A model generated the notes under the pieces. That model was given only the letters and a program-made list of their open reading frames with translations, did not search any database and was not told the origin of the DNA. A program made the position numbers and the translations under genes. Shown piece after piece: positions 12,246 through 24,308 of a stretch of DNA of 64,000 bases. How positions within the stretch are numbered: position 1 is the stretch's first letter; each line of letters begins with the position of its first letter. This stretch comes from Hemiscyllium ocellatum (Eukaryota), in contig NC_083407.1 of NCBI RefSeq assembly GCF_020745735.1, forward strand, positions 111,292,748 to 111,356,747, in the 5' to 3' direction.

Positions 12246-12289
12246 CATTAAAAAAAACTGCTGACATTTCTACAGCACCAAGCCTGATC

Positions 12290-12600
12290 TCAGGGTGTCC
12301 CATTCACAATTTTAAGACCAATGAACTGTTTTTGAAGTATTGTAATGTAATGTAAGAATCACAGCAGTCAGTCTCACTTGTTTTTAACAATGTTGTTTGA
12401 ATGACAAGTCTCTAGAGAGAATTTAACTGTCTTTTTTCAAATAGAACCTAAGGATCTTAAACATGAGGTAAGGCTTTAGTTTAAACATTCTCACTGAAAA
12501 GGCTGCCTCTGACAGTGCAGCACTCCTTCTACACTTCATGGGAAGCTTCAGCTGGAGGGAAGCCTCAGTTTTCCAACCCTTAGTAACTGGTACTTCCCAT
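12290..12600 (-). mobile_element. Deu-domain (SacSINE1/AmnSINE-like) SINE relic
   Basis: GACAGTGCAGCACTCC and GTTTAAACATTCTCA motifs match the reverse complement of the Deu domain. Confidence 0.55.
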
Positions 12601-13649
12601 CGAATCCCAGTGATACGCAGAAGGTGACTTGAGCTAAGGTGCTGTGGAATAGTGGGTGCCCAGGAGGGTGTGTGCCACCAAGTTTGAGTCTGTCCTCTGG
12701 AACTGAAAGGAGTAAATTGCAGTAGAGGAAATAACAAAAATTAGAAAAACAACTTATCTTGGATAATAATGCAGAGCTGTTGCTAAAACGCAGCAGGCAG
12801 TAATCACTGGGTGTAATCAGCCTCACAGTGTTACCTTCACAATTTCAGTGAAAAGCCATGGAAAGTGACTATAATTGACATTTTATGATTGAGTTTTTTT
12901 TTAGGAGTGTAAATGTCTCCGAAGCGTCAAAGTGATTTGTTTCACTGCAGTGGCTCCTGTTCTGATTGCTGTATCATTACTCCTTTTATTTCCTCTTTTA
13001 ATACAAATAATCGGAATGCTAATAACGTTGCTTCTGTCATCAAGAAGAACTGTTTGTTAAAATCAAGTAGTCTCTTTTGCTCAAATAGAAGTGTAATACA
13101 GCACTTGCTGGGCACAGGCACCCCATTTTCTTTTTGTTATTATTTGGCTCTCAAATTGTTTCCCTATTCCAAATTGTCTGTAAATCACCCGCTGTGGTCA
13201 TCAAAATATAAAATAGCTCAAACATTAATGTTTTCACATGTAGAACAGCAGATGAAAAATGGTCTGTCAATTTTGCGCATCTCCTTAATTTGATCATCAT
13301 ATTTAAATTAAGGAGTTAGACAATATCGTGGTAGCTAGGTAAAGCAAAAGCTTCAAATAAAACTCCATTTTTAGCCAAGTTACTTCCCTTGTAGGAATTT
13401 CAGGGTGGGTTATGTTAAGGTGAAATCTCTTAAATGAACCACAAGTCCAATTGGACAAGATGTAAAATGAGCCCTGGCTGTTGTCAAGTACTTGGAGTCA
13501 CTGAGGATTTCCCAAGACAATTTCTATGCATGAACATGTGGTGGACATCCATTGCAAAGTGGATGATAGGGTTCATAAAGGTGAGACCGAGTTATAGCTG
13601 TACCAGGTTAATAAGAAAATAACTTTTTTCTGCTATTTTAAAATCTATA

Positions 13650-13970
13650 TTAGGTTAGATTAGACTCCCTACAGTGTGGGAACAGGCCCTTCGGCCCAAC
13701 AAGTCCACACCGACCCTCCGAAGAGTAACCCACCCAGACCCATTTCCCTCTGACTAATGCACCTAAGACTATGTGCAATTTAGCATGGCCAATTCACCTG
13801 ACCTGCACATCTTTGGACTGTGGGAGGAGACCGGAGCACCCGGAGGAAACCCACGCAGACTCAGGGAGAATGTGCAACCTCCACATAGACAGTCACCTAA
13901 GGCTGGAATCAAACCTTGGTCCCTGGTGCTGTGAGGCAGCAGTGCTAACTACTGAGCCACCGTGCTGCCC
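13650..13970 (-). mobile_element. HE1 SINE
   Basis: Full head, body and tail. Confidence 0.9.
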
Positions 13971-14039
13971 AGAAGAAAATTGAAATAAAGGTTAACCTAT
14001 TTTGTGAGCAGAAGACCACTGTGCTGTAGTGAATTTGCT

Positions 14040-14171
14040 AGGCAAAAGTGAGGACTGAAGATGCTGGAGATTAGAATCAAGAGTGTGGTGCTGGAAAAGC
14101 ACAGCAGATCAGGCAGCATCCGAGGGGCAGGAAAACTAACGTTTCGGGCAAAAGTTGTTCATCAGGAATTC
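14040..14171 (-). mobile_element. Solo Neptune-type pLTR fragment with hammerhead (14131-14171)
   Basis: Minus strand CCTGATGAACAACTTTTGCCCGAAACGTTAG, plus the same 3' tail as the other PLEs. Stem II is damaged. Confidence 0.75.
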
Positions 14172-14190
14172 GCAGTTAAGTGCACGGTGT

Positions 14191-14510
14191 GGGTGGCACG
14201 GTGGCACAGTGGTTAGCACTGCTGTCTCACAGCGCCTGAGACCCGGGTTCAATTCCCGACTCAGGCGACTGACTGTGTGGAGTTTGCACGTTCTCCCCGT
14301 GTCTGCGTGGGTTTCCTCCGGGTGCTCCGGTTTCCTCCCACTGTCACAAAGATGTGCAGGTCAGGTGAATTGGCCATGCTAAATTGCCTTTAGTGTTAGG
14401 TAAGGGGTAAATGTAGGGGTATGGGTGGGTTGCGCTTCGGCGGGTCGGTGTGGACTTGTTGGGCCGAAGGGCCTGTTTCCACACTGTAAGTAATCTAATC
14501 TAATCTAATC
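14191..14510 (+). mobile_element. HE1 SINE
   Basis: Full copy with (TCTAA)n tail. Confidence 0.92.
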
Positions 14511-14920
14511 ATATATCCACTCTCCCTTTAATATATGTTAGTCAATGTTTGTACGTGCTGCAGTGGGTTGGGACAAGGGTGGTTACTGATGAGTCAGAAG
14601 CATCCTCAAAATAATTTTAAATAATAAAACATCGGGAAAGCATGAACATCCTATAAAGAAGTACATAAAGAGGGGCTTGCATCTCTGTTTTGTCTTTTAT
14701 GGTCTCTGGACAGCCTGAAGCATTTTACAACCTACTCAATGTTTCTTTGAAGTGTAATTCAGTGTCGCTTTGTGCACAGCAAGTTCCAAAGAATGCACTG
14801 TGGTCATGTTTTCTGTTGAGGGGTAAATGTTGTCATGATAAGAAGCTGTACTCACTGATCAGCTTCAAAGTTGTATCATGTGAGCTTTTGCATGCACCTG
14901 AGACAGAAACCGGGACCGCG

Positions 14921-16395
14921 AATTTTTTTTTATTTCCAAAATATACTTTATTCATATTTTGATGATCTTTACAATTGCTGGTACCATTCATAGGCATACC
15001 TTTACATACAGAGATCGGAATTAATCATTCATACGTAGGAGTCTGTACATTGACCATCCATATATTTAGTTGAGGCTTCGGCGGAGCCCACTTACTGAGT
15101 GGGCCCCCTGTTCTTCTTAGGCAGGCAGATGTTACACGGTGGTCTTTCCCCACCGCGCCTTGGCGGCAGCTGTCCCAAGCTTCAGCGCGTCCCTCAACAC
15201 GTAGTCCTGGACCTTGGAATGTGCCAGTTTGCAACACTCAGTCGGGGTCAACTCCTGCAGCTGGCAGATCAACAGGTTTCGGACAAACCAAAGAGTGTCT
15301 TTGACCGAGTTGATCATCCTCCAGGCACAGTTGATGTTCGTCTCAGTGTGCATCCCGGGGAACAGGCCGTAGAGCATGGAGTCTCGTGTTAAGGCGCTGC
15401 TCGGGACGAACCTTGACAAACACCACTGCATTCCTCTCCATAGGCACATTCCAGAAGGAGGTGTGTGACAGTTTCTTCCCCCCTGCAGCCGCTTCGAGGG
15501 CAGCGTGCGGTGCAGGAGAGAGTCCGGGTGTGCATAAAAGATCTCACAGGCAGAGCCCTTCTCACCACCAGCCAAACCATGTCTTGGTGCTTGTTGGAAA
15601 GTTCTAGCGATGAGGAATTCTGCCAAATTACTTTGACAGTCTGCTCAGGGAACCGCTTGATAGGATTCGCCCTCTCCTTTTCCCGACCAGGTTTTTTTCC
15701 CATGATGGAGAGCAACTGTAGCTTCTATCTGCCCAGTTTCTGCCTCACTTTGCTGATAAGCTCCCCCCAAGACTTGGCATATACCCCCCCCCCCCGCTGT
15801 ACCAAATACCCAGCACCTTCAGGTGGTTGGTCCTGACGGTGAAGGGGATGAAGGATTAGTTGGCCCAGTTCCCAAAGAGCATGGCCTTGCTCTTGCCTCG
15901 GTTTACCTTGGCCCCCCGAGGCCCATTTGAACTGGTCACATATGCACATGAGTCTGTGCACAGACAGTGGATCTGAGCAGAAAGCAGCGACGTCATCCAC
16001 GTACAAGGAGGCCTTAACCTGCAGGCCCCCGCTGCCAGGAATCGTCCCCCCTCTCAGGCTCACATCCTTCCTGATGGACTCGGCAAATGGTTCTATGCAG
16101 CACACAAACAAGGCAGGAGAGAGAGGGCAGCCCTGCCTGACTCCAGATCTGACTGGGAAGCTATCTGATTCCCAACCATTGATTGAGAATGCACTGACAA
16201 TGTTGGTGTAGAGCAACTGATCCAATTGCAGATTCCCTCCCCAAAGCCCATTTTGGAAAGAACATCTTTCATTTCCCTGTGTGATATCCTGTCAAAGGCT
16301 TTCTCCTGGTCCAGACTGATGAGACAGATGTCCAACCCTCTGTTCTGCACGTAGGTGATCGTATCCCTGAGGACTGCGAGACTCTCAGCGATCTT
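14921..16395 (-). mobile_element. Tx1-clade (L1 group) LINE, 5'-truncated and frameshifted
   Basis: RT motifs SLDQEKAFDRISH, SGVRQGCPLSPALF and YVDD; C-terminal CCHC motif CPRSGC..ETVTHLLLEC; A-rich tail at ~14921-14950. Inserted into a Deu-SINE (14680-14920 and 16396-16510). Confidence 0.88.
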
Positions 16396-16648
16396 CAGTT
16401 TTCTATCTCACTTGAATTGGTTGAAGCTCTGATAGTGCAGCAGTACCTCAGTGTGCAGGAGTATCTACCTGGATGTTTTGGAAAGTCTCTTGAGTTGTGG
16501 TTTGATGTGGAAAATAGAACACAACCCATTAAGACACAAACAGCTTTGGGTCCAGTGTTATGGACCAGACAACACCCCCTCAAAATATGTTATGAAGGTA
16601 GCCTACACCATGGCATTTTCTTATTTTAAAGGTAGATGTAAAGTTCCA

Positions 16649-17437
16649 TGTTCCAGATGCAATGCGATTGGTCAAACTACACAACGTTAAGCATACCATG
16701 GTTTATTGAAACACTATTGTTAAAATACATCTAAACAAAGAGGAATTTAGAATAACTTAAATCTATTAGAAAACCTAACAGAATAGTAGATACACTAACA
16801 AATTAACTGTTTGAAAATAGTAACATTATATAAGCACACAAAAAGGCAAATTCAGAAACACAGACAATGTCTCACATACAATCTAGCAGCCAAGTGAGAG
16901 AATCCCCAGCTTTTGGCTGTGATCGAGAGAGGGAAAAATAACATCCACTTCTTCCAGCCCGCAACCACAATTGTTTAAAGCTAAAATCTAAAAACTGAAA
17001 AAGAAAGCTAGAAATCCTGGTCTCTGAGAGCTAGCCACACCCATCCAGGCTGCTTCTATTGTTCAAACTTTTAGAAGAAAACCCCAAGGCCTCTCAAGAT
17101 ATAGGACAGAAGCCAGAGGTAGTTTCATTACTCAGAGTAGTTGGAGCGTGGAACGCCCTCCCTGTAACATAAGTAGACTCGCCAACTTTAAGGGCATTTA
17201 AATGATCATTGGATAAACTTAGGGATGAAAATGGAATAGTGTAGGTTAGATGGACTTCAGATTGGTTTCACAGGTCAGCGCAACATCGAGGATTGAAGAG
17301 CCAGTATTGCGCTGTAATGTTCTATATTCTAAACTGTTTATTCTAATGAATTTAGTAGACTGCTCAGTACCTCTGCCTTCCAACGCATCTTCCAAAAAAA
17401 AGGACAAAATAACTTTTTAAAACCAGAGCATCGTCAC
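16649..17437 (-). mobile_element. Solo LTR-like element (probably Gypsy type) containing a CR1 3' end at ~17099-17331(+)
   Basis: Minus strand starts TGTGACGATG and contains AATAAA. A homologous fragment lies at 20068-20232(+). Confidence 0.55.
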
Positions 17438-17489
17438 ACCAGGGCTACCAGCAAAGTTATCTCCCTGTAGTGATGCTATTTTAAGGAGT

Positions 17490-17918
17490 TCACGCTGCAT
17501 TGGTGCCAGACTTGTCTCTTTAGTCAGAAATTTGGGGTTAAAGGTGCCATTCTGTTTTTTTGGACAGCTCATTAAATCAAGGTCTGAGTCAGAATTTCTG
17601 CTTGAATTCTGAGGCAGGACTTTGCCAGTGCGGTACTGAGGGTGTGCTATGCTGCTGGCAAGACCATCTTTTGAATGAGATCTGAAGTCAAGGGCTCACC
17701 TGCCCCCCTCAACAAACCTGCAAACGGTCTCACCGTTCAGCTTGACCCTGACCAGTATTCATTCCTTACCCAACATCACTTAGCCCCATAACTTGTTTAC
17801 TGTCACAGTTCTGCTCATGGGAGGTTGGTGAGAACAAATTGGTGCTGTGCTTGCTGTGCTGCAACTGTGATTACACTTCAGAAGGTACACTGTTAAATCT
17901 GTGAATAGTTTTGGATGC
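17490..17918 (+). mobile_element. Deu-domain SINE relic
   Basis: GGTACTGAGGGTGTGCT...CATCTTTTGAATGAGA Deu core. Confidence 0.55.
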
Positions 17919-17919
17919 A

Positions 17920-18840
17920 TTATCTAAGGAAAGGAATACTAATTCCGGAGCCAGTCCAAAGAAGGCTGGCTGGGCTGTTTGCCAGGTACGGAGGAACGGT
18001 CCTGAAAAAGGTTTTGAGTAGCTTAGGTCTGGACTCGTTAGAATATTGAAGAATGAAAGGTGATGTTATTTGAAGCATATAAAAATTCATGGAGGATTTG
18101 ACAAGATAGAAGCAGAAAGGTTGTTTCCATTTGCGAGAGAGTTGAGGATAAGAGGGCATGATTGGAGGATAAAGGGTTGCATTTTTAAGATCGAGACAAG
18201 GAGGAATTTCTTCTCTCGTGGGTGATGAATCTGTGGAATTCCTTACCACAGAGAGCTGTTGAGGCTGGATTGTTAAGTATATTGAAGGCTGAGATAGACC
18301 TGGTTTTAATCAGCAGGCGAATCAAAGGTTATGAGGAAAAAGCAGAAAGCGGAGTTGAGGATTATCAGATTAGCATGACAACCACCTGACTAAGGAGCAA
18401 CGCTTCGAAAGCTAGTGCTCCCAAAGGCCAGGACAGCACCGTGGCTCAGTGGTTAGCACTGCTGTCTCACAGCACCAGGGTCCCAGGTTCGATTCCAGCC
18501 TCAGTCTGTGTGGAGTTTGCACATTCTCCCCATGTCTGCTTGGGTTTCCTCTGGGTGCTCCGGTTTCCTCCCACAGTCCAAAGATGTGCAGGTCAGGTGA
18601 ATTGGCCATGCTGAATTGCCCATAGTGTTAGGTACATTAGTCAGAGGGAAATAGGTCTGGGTGGGTTACTGTTCGGAGGGTCGGTGTGGACCTGTTGCCC
18701 CGAAGGGCCTGTTTCCACACTGTAGGTAATCAAATCTAATCAAATAAACCTTGGACTATAACCTAGTGTTGTGTGACTTTTAACAGATTAGCATGATCTC
18801 ATTGAATAGCTTGAACAGATTTGGTGGGCTGAATGACAAT
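17920..18840 (+). mobile_element. CR1 LINE 3' fragment hosting nested insertions
   Basis: CR1 ORF2 C-terminal and 3'UTR motifs; the element resumes after the TSD at 18784. Confidence 0.75.
18379..18783 (+). mobile_element. ~90-bp hammerhead-bearing mini-retroposon with an HE1 SINE (~18426-18741) inserted in it
   Basis: 13-bp TSD CAGATTAGCATGA at 18366-18378 and 18784-18796. Hammerhead-like CAC CTGACTA A GGAGC AAC GCTTC GAAA GCTA GTG. Confidence 0.75.
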
Positions 18841-19399
18841 TCCAGCAGCAATGTGGTTGAAGTCGAGAAAAACAACTGTTTCATGAACACTCCAGTTCCT
18901 CATTGCTCCGTGCTCAGGAAGCATTTATTTTCAAGTTTGTGCTAATGATTGCAGGCAAAACAGAACACAATTCAGAAGTGCAAGTTCACAAACGTTTGCA
19001 CTTTCAGACTTGATAGGTACTTCAGAGCAATCAGGAGTTAGATTTTTTGCCTATTAAATACAATAGCAATTTTCAACAGGGATTAATGGAATGTAAGGAC
19101 CTGGCGCACAGTTGAGATACAGTCAGTAATACTGAGAACTGAGGGGAGGGGCTACTGAGTGAGAGCTGGAATCAAGATTCAGTCAGTAATTTAGGTTGCT
19201 GGCTGGAGAGTTGACAAATGGTAGATTCCTATTGGGTTCTGAGCTTTGTAGGCTGTGGCAGGGTATGTGGCAGAAGTGGATGGAGCATGGGTTGTCCTTC
19301 TGAGGGTTGGTGTGGACTTGTTGGGCCAAAGGGCCTGTTTCCACACCGTATCTAATCTAATCTAATCAAACTCAACATCGGGACCGTCTTGCTATGTAG

Positions 19400-19880
19400 A
19401 ATCATAAGAGAAAAGTTCCTTCAATCCCATCAAGTAACTACTGCCCAACTTACGTTAAATCTACATAAATCCCACTTTCCAGCACTAGGCCCATAGCCTG
19501 AATGACCGCCACCTGGGTAAAACAAAATTCCTCCAATAAATGTAAACCTCCTGCCTTTCACTTTAAAATCAGGCCCCCTTGGTCCTCCAACTAAGGATAA
19601 TAACTGGTTCCTAATTCTCCTCAAATCTTCTGCACCTCTGTCAGGTCCACACTCAAACTTCTTTGGTCTGAAAAAAACAACCTAACTTTATCCAGCCTCT
19701 CTCGGTAGTTAAACTGCGCCACTTCAGGCAGCATCCTGGTGAATCTCCCCTGCATCCTCTCCACCGCGGTCACATCCCTTCTATCACATGGTGACCAGAA
19801 CTGCACACGGTACTCCAAGTGTGGTCTAATCAAATTTCTGTTCAGTTCCAACATAACCTCCCTGCTCTTGTAATCTATGT
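19400..19880 (-). mobile_element. CR1 LINE 3' fragment
   Basis: ORF 19621-20007(-) contains LIRPHLEYRVQFWSP..ERMQGRFTRMLP. Confidence 0.85.
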
Positions 19881-20514
19881 ATCTTTCATGGTTTGCTGAG
19901 CAATGAGGTGCTGATTGAGGAAGATTATTTTCTGTTAAACGCCTTATTAATGCCTCAACGGGCCTCATTAATAAGCAGTTTCTGACCTTACCAAACGTGC
20001 AGAGCAAGCTCGATGCATAGAATTCTCTGTTGAAGTAGATACACTAACTAATTAACTGTTTGAAAACTGTTACTATTTTCAAACAGTTAATTAGTTAGTG
20101 TATCGACTGTTCTGTTAAGTTTTCCAATAGAGTTAAGTTATTCTAAATTCCTCTTTCTTTGGTTGTATTTTAACTACAGTCTTTCAATAAACCGTGTTTT
20201 GCTTAACATCGAGCAGTTTGACCAATTGCACGATCCTGTTGACCCTACAAACCCATCTTTATGTGGGGGTGAGTATCAAAATTGGGAGAGCTGTCTCACA
20301 AGACTTGTCAAGCAACTGCCTGATATAGTCATAAAAATCAGACCGTGCCCCTGTCGGCTTCAGCTGAGAGGAGCCTCCATGTTGCTCAGCACCAAACAGC
20401 GTCTTACGCAAGATCCACAGGCACCCATCATCCACGCGCATTAGAACAGCACACAGCAGGCCCATTGGCCCACAATGTTGTGCCAAGGTTTAATTTTAAT
20501 GTAAAATATATGAA

Positions 20515-20832
20515 GGGTGGCACGGTGGCACAGTGGTTAGCACTGCTGCCTCACAGCGCTAGAGACCCAGGTTCAATTCCCGCCTCAGACACTCTGTGTG
20601 GAGTTTGCACGTTCTCCCCGTGTCTGTGTGGGGTTCCTCCGGGTGCTCCGGTTTCCTCCCACAGCCCAAAGATATGCAGGTTAGGTGAATTGGCCATGTT
20701 AAATTGCCCGTAATGTTAGGTGAAGGGGTAAATGTAGGGGAATGGGTCTGGGTGGGTTGCTCTTCGGAGGATCAGTGTGGACTTGTTGGGCTGAAGGGCC
20801 TATTTCCACACTTTAAGTAATCTAATCTAATC
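20515..20832 (+). mobile_element. HE1 SINE
   Basis: Full copy. Confidence 0.9.
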
Positions 20833-21574
20833 TTAGCCTACCCACCCCTCAACTCACTGCTCTCCATGTGCTAACCCCCAATGACCATCATGATGCTTCT
20901 CCAATCCACTTGCAGGATGCATCTGAAGCACAGACGTGCAATGCAGAGCACACTGAAATCCAGCATTGAGAGTGCATAGGGACACAAACTCAGTTCATTG
21001 GAGCAGGCTGTATCTCAGGGCTGTTCACTTGCTCTGTGAGTACTCATTTATTTAGCTCCTACCTGCGTGATCGCAGCATCTTGCTTTGTCTTGTCCTACC
21101 ATGCCTTGCTGTGCGAGTTAGTACAGTCACACACCCAGGCAGCTTGCCTTGGTGGTCAGCAGCCTTCAGTCTAAGGAACAGACATCTTGCTGTGAGGCAC
21201 ATTGCTATGACACCTCTGTTCCACGTACCAGCAGCATTTACAGCAAATACTCTCTGTCGCTGCACGCAGGGGACCCATGTGTCTCAGGTTGTTGGGGAAG
21301 AACCCACTGAAATCCATGGAGACACCCATCAGTCACAGGGTCACAGCAAAGTGTCCCATACTAGTTGAGGGGATTGACCACAGTCAGGCATCATGTCATG
21401 GTGTTCTGGGTCAGGGGCTATGTGCCTCTGCTATCCAGGGAATGACTTGTAGCCAGTCCTGTGGCTCCATAGCAGCCTGACCAGGGCTATCCTGGTCAGG
21501 GAGAGTGACAGCCAGGGGTCAGGGATCTAAGAACTTCTTGTCTGAGACTGTCCAGTTAATGGAGGCACTGATCT

Positions 21575-24308
21575 AATTGTATTCTCACTGGAGTATTAAT
21601 CCAGGAACTCAGCTAATATTTTGGGTTTGATTCCCGTTTCAGCAAATGGTGCCACTTGTTTTCAATAAAACAAAAATTGGGAATTTACAATCTGCTGATG
21701 ACCATAACATCATTGTTAATTGTTGGAAAAACCCATCTGCTTCACTAATGTCATTCAGGGAAGGAAATCTGCCATCCTCACCTGGTCTGGCCTATGTGTG
21801 ACTCCAGACCCACAGCAATATTGCTGACTCTCAATTGTCCTCTGAGATGGCCGAGCAAGGAACTCAGTTGTACTAATCGCTACAAAGTCATCAAAGAAAT
21901 GAAACCAATGGATCACCTGACATCACCCTAAGCAACAGAAAAGGCAAAGGCAGAAACCACCCTGTCGACCATACCAACTCCTCTTTGTAGTATACTCCTT
22001 CCAGGAACACATTTTTCAGCTCTGACCTCCAGCATCTAAAGTGGAGAGCTGTCTCACAGACTCGTCAAGCAACAGCCTGTCATAGTCATACTTACAGAAT
22101 CATAGCTTCAAAGTGGTGGATGATGTCCCAGACACCACCATCATCAGCCCTGGATATGTCCTGTCTCACTGGCAGGACAGACCCAGCAGATTTGGCGGCA
22201 CAGCCGTATACAGTCAGACCTCATGAAGCCTCGTGCGTTCAGGTTAAACATGGGCAAGGAAACCTCCTGCTGATTACCAAGTACTGTCCTGCCTGAGTTG
22301 GTGAATTGGTTGTCCTCTAAGTTGAGCAACACTTAGAGGAAGCACTGAGGATGACAAGGGCACAAAATCTACTCTGGGTGGGGGATTTTGATGTCCACCA
22401 CCAGGAGTGGTTCAGCAGCAGTACTACTGACTGAGCTGGTCCAGCCCTAAGGATACTGCAAAAGCTATGGGCCCTGACAACATTCCGGCAATAGCACTGA
22501 AAGCTTGTGCTGCAGAACTTGCCGCTCCCCTAGCTAAGCTGTTCTAGTACACTTACAACTCTGGTGTCTACCTGACAATTTGAAACATTGCACTAGTATG
22601 TCATGTACATAAAAAGCAGGACAAATCCAAACCGGCCACTTAAGCGCCCCATCCGTTGACTCTTCATCATCAGTGAAGTGATGGAAGGTGTCTTCAGCAG
22701 TGCTATCAAGCAGAGGCTGCTCACCAATAACTTGTTCAGTTCCTCTCCGTTTGGGTTCCACCAGGGTCACTCAGCTACTGACCTCGCTTAAGCCTTGGTT
22801 CAAACATGAACAAAAGAACTGAATCCCAAAGGTGGGGTGAGAGTGACAGCCCTTGACATTCAAGGCTGCATTCGACTGAGTATAGCATCCAGGAGCCCAA
22901 GAAAAATTAGAAATAATGTGTTTCATGGGGAAAAACTCCCTGTTAGTTGGAGGCACATAGGCAGATGGTCATGGTTGTTGGAGGTCAGTCATCTCAGCTC
23001 CAGGACATCTCTGTAGAAGTTCCTCAGGGCAGTTTCCTCGGCCCACCCATCTGCAGCTGCTTCACCCATGACTTTGCATCTGTCAGAAGTGGGGATGTTT
23101 GCTGCTGATTGTGCAATGTCGACAACACTTACGACTTCTCAGACACTGGAACAGCCCAAGTTCTAACAGTATTCGGGCTTGGGCTGATAAGTGGGAAGTA
23201 ACATTTATGCCACATAAATGCCAGGGTATGACTATCACCAACAAGAGACAGTCCAACCACCCCCGCTTGAGATTTAGTGGTGTCATCATTGCTGAATCCC
23301 CCACTAACAACATTCTGGGGGTTATCATTGACCAGAGACTCAACTGGACTCACCACGTAAACACAATGGCTGAAAGAGCGGCTCATCAGCTCGGAATAAT
23401 GCAGCAAGAACACACCTCCTAATTCCCCAAAGCCTGTCCATTATCTACAAGGCACAAGTCAGGAGGGTGATGTAATACTCCCCACTTGCCTGGATGGGTG
23501 CAGCTCCAACAACACTTGAGATGCTTGACAAAATTGGCGGCACGGTGGCACAGTGGTTAGCACTGCTGCCTCACAGCGCCTGTAGACCCGGGTTCAATTC
23601 CCGACTCAGGTGACTGACTGTGTGGAGTTTGCACGTTCTCCCTGTGTCTGTGTGGGTTTCCTCCGGGTGCTCCGGTTTCCTCCCACAGTCCAAAGATGTG
23701 CGGGTCAGGTGAATTGGCCATGCTAAATTGCCCGTAGTGTTAGGTAAGGGGTAATGTAGGGGTATGGGTGGGTTTCGCTTCGGCGGGTCGGTGTGGACTT
23801 GTTGGGCCGAAGGGCCTGTTTCCACACTGTAAGTCTAATCTAATCTAATCTAATCATCCAGGACAAAGCATCCCACTTGATTGGCACTGCATCCACAAGC
23901 ATCCAGTCCCTCCAGCATGGCACTCAGTAACAATAATGTGTGCTATCTACAAGGTGCTTGGAGGCATTCACCAAAGATTTGCAGACAACACCTTCCAAAC
24001 CCACAACAAGTTCCCTTTAAAAGGACAAGGGCAGCAGATACATGGGAACACTACCACCAAGTTTCCCTCCAAGCCATTTGTGATCCTGACTTGGAAATCT
24101 ATCGCCATCCCTTCACTGTCACTGGGTCAAAATCTTGGAATTCCCTCCCTTATGGCATTGTGGGTCAACCCACAGCAAACGATTGCCGCCAGTGTGCATT
24201 TGGTTCCAGAAGACAACTCACCACCACCTTCTCAACAGCAACTAGGGATCTGCAATAAAGGCTGACCAAGCAGCAATGGTCACATCCCACAAATAAATAA
24301 ATAAATAA
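21575..24308 (+). mobile_element. Internally deleted CR1/L2-group LINE with SINE-like 5' leader; HE1 SINE inserted at 23536-23855
   Basis: APE remnants (YVLSHWQDRP, LWVGDFDVHH), KAMGPDNIP, RT remnants (ALDIKAAFD, VPQG, FAAD), and a (TAAA)n tail at 24292-24308. Confidence 0.75.

Noticed and set aside
14191-14262. tRNA genes at HE1 heads
   Set aside because: They are SINE heads continuous with the SINE body and tail, not stand-alone tRNA genes.
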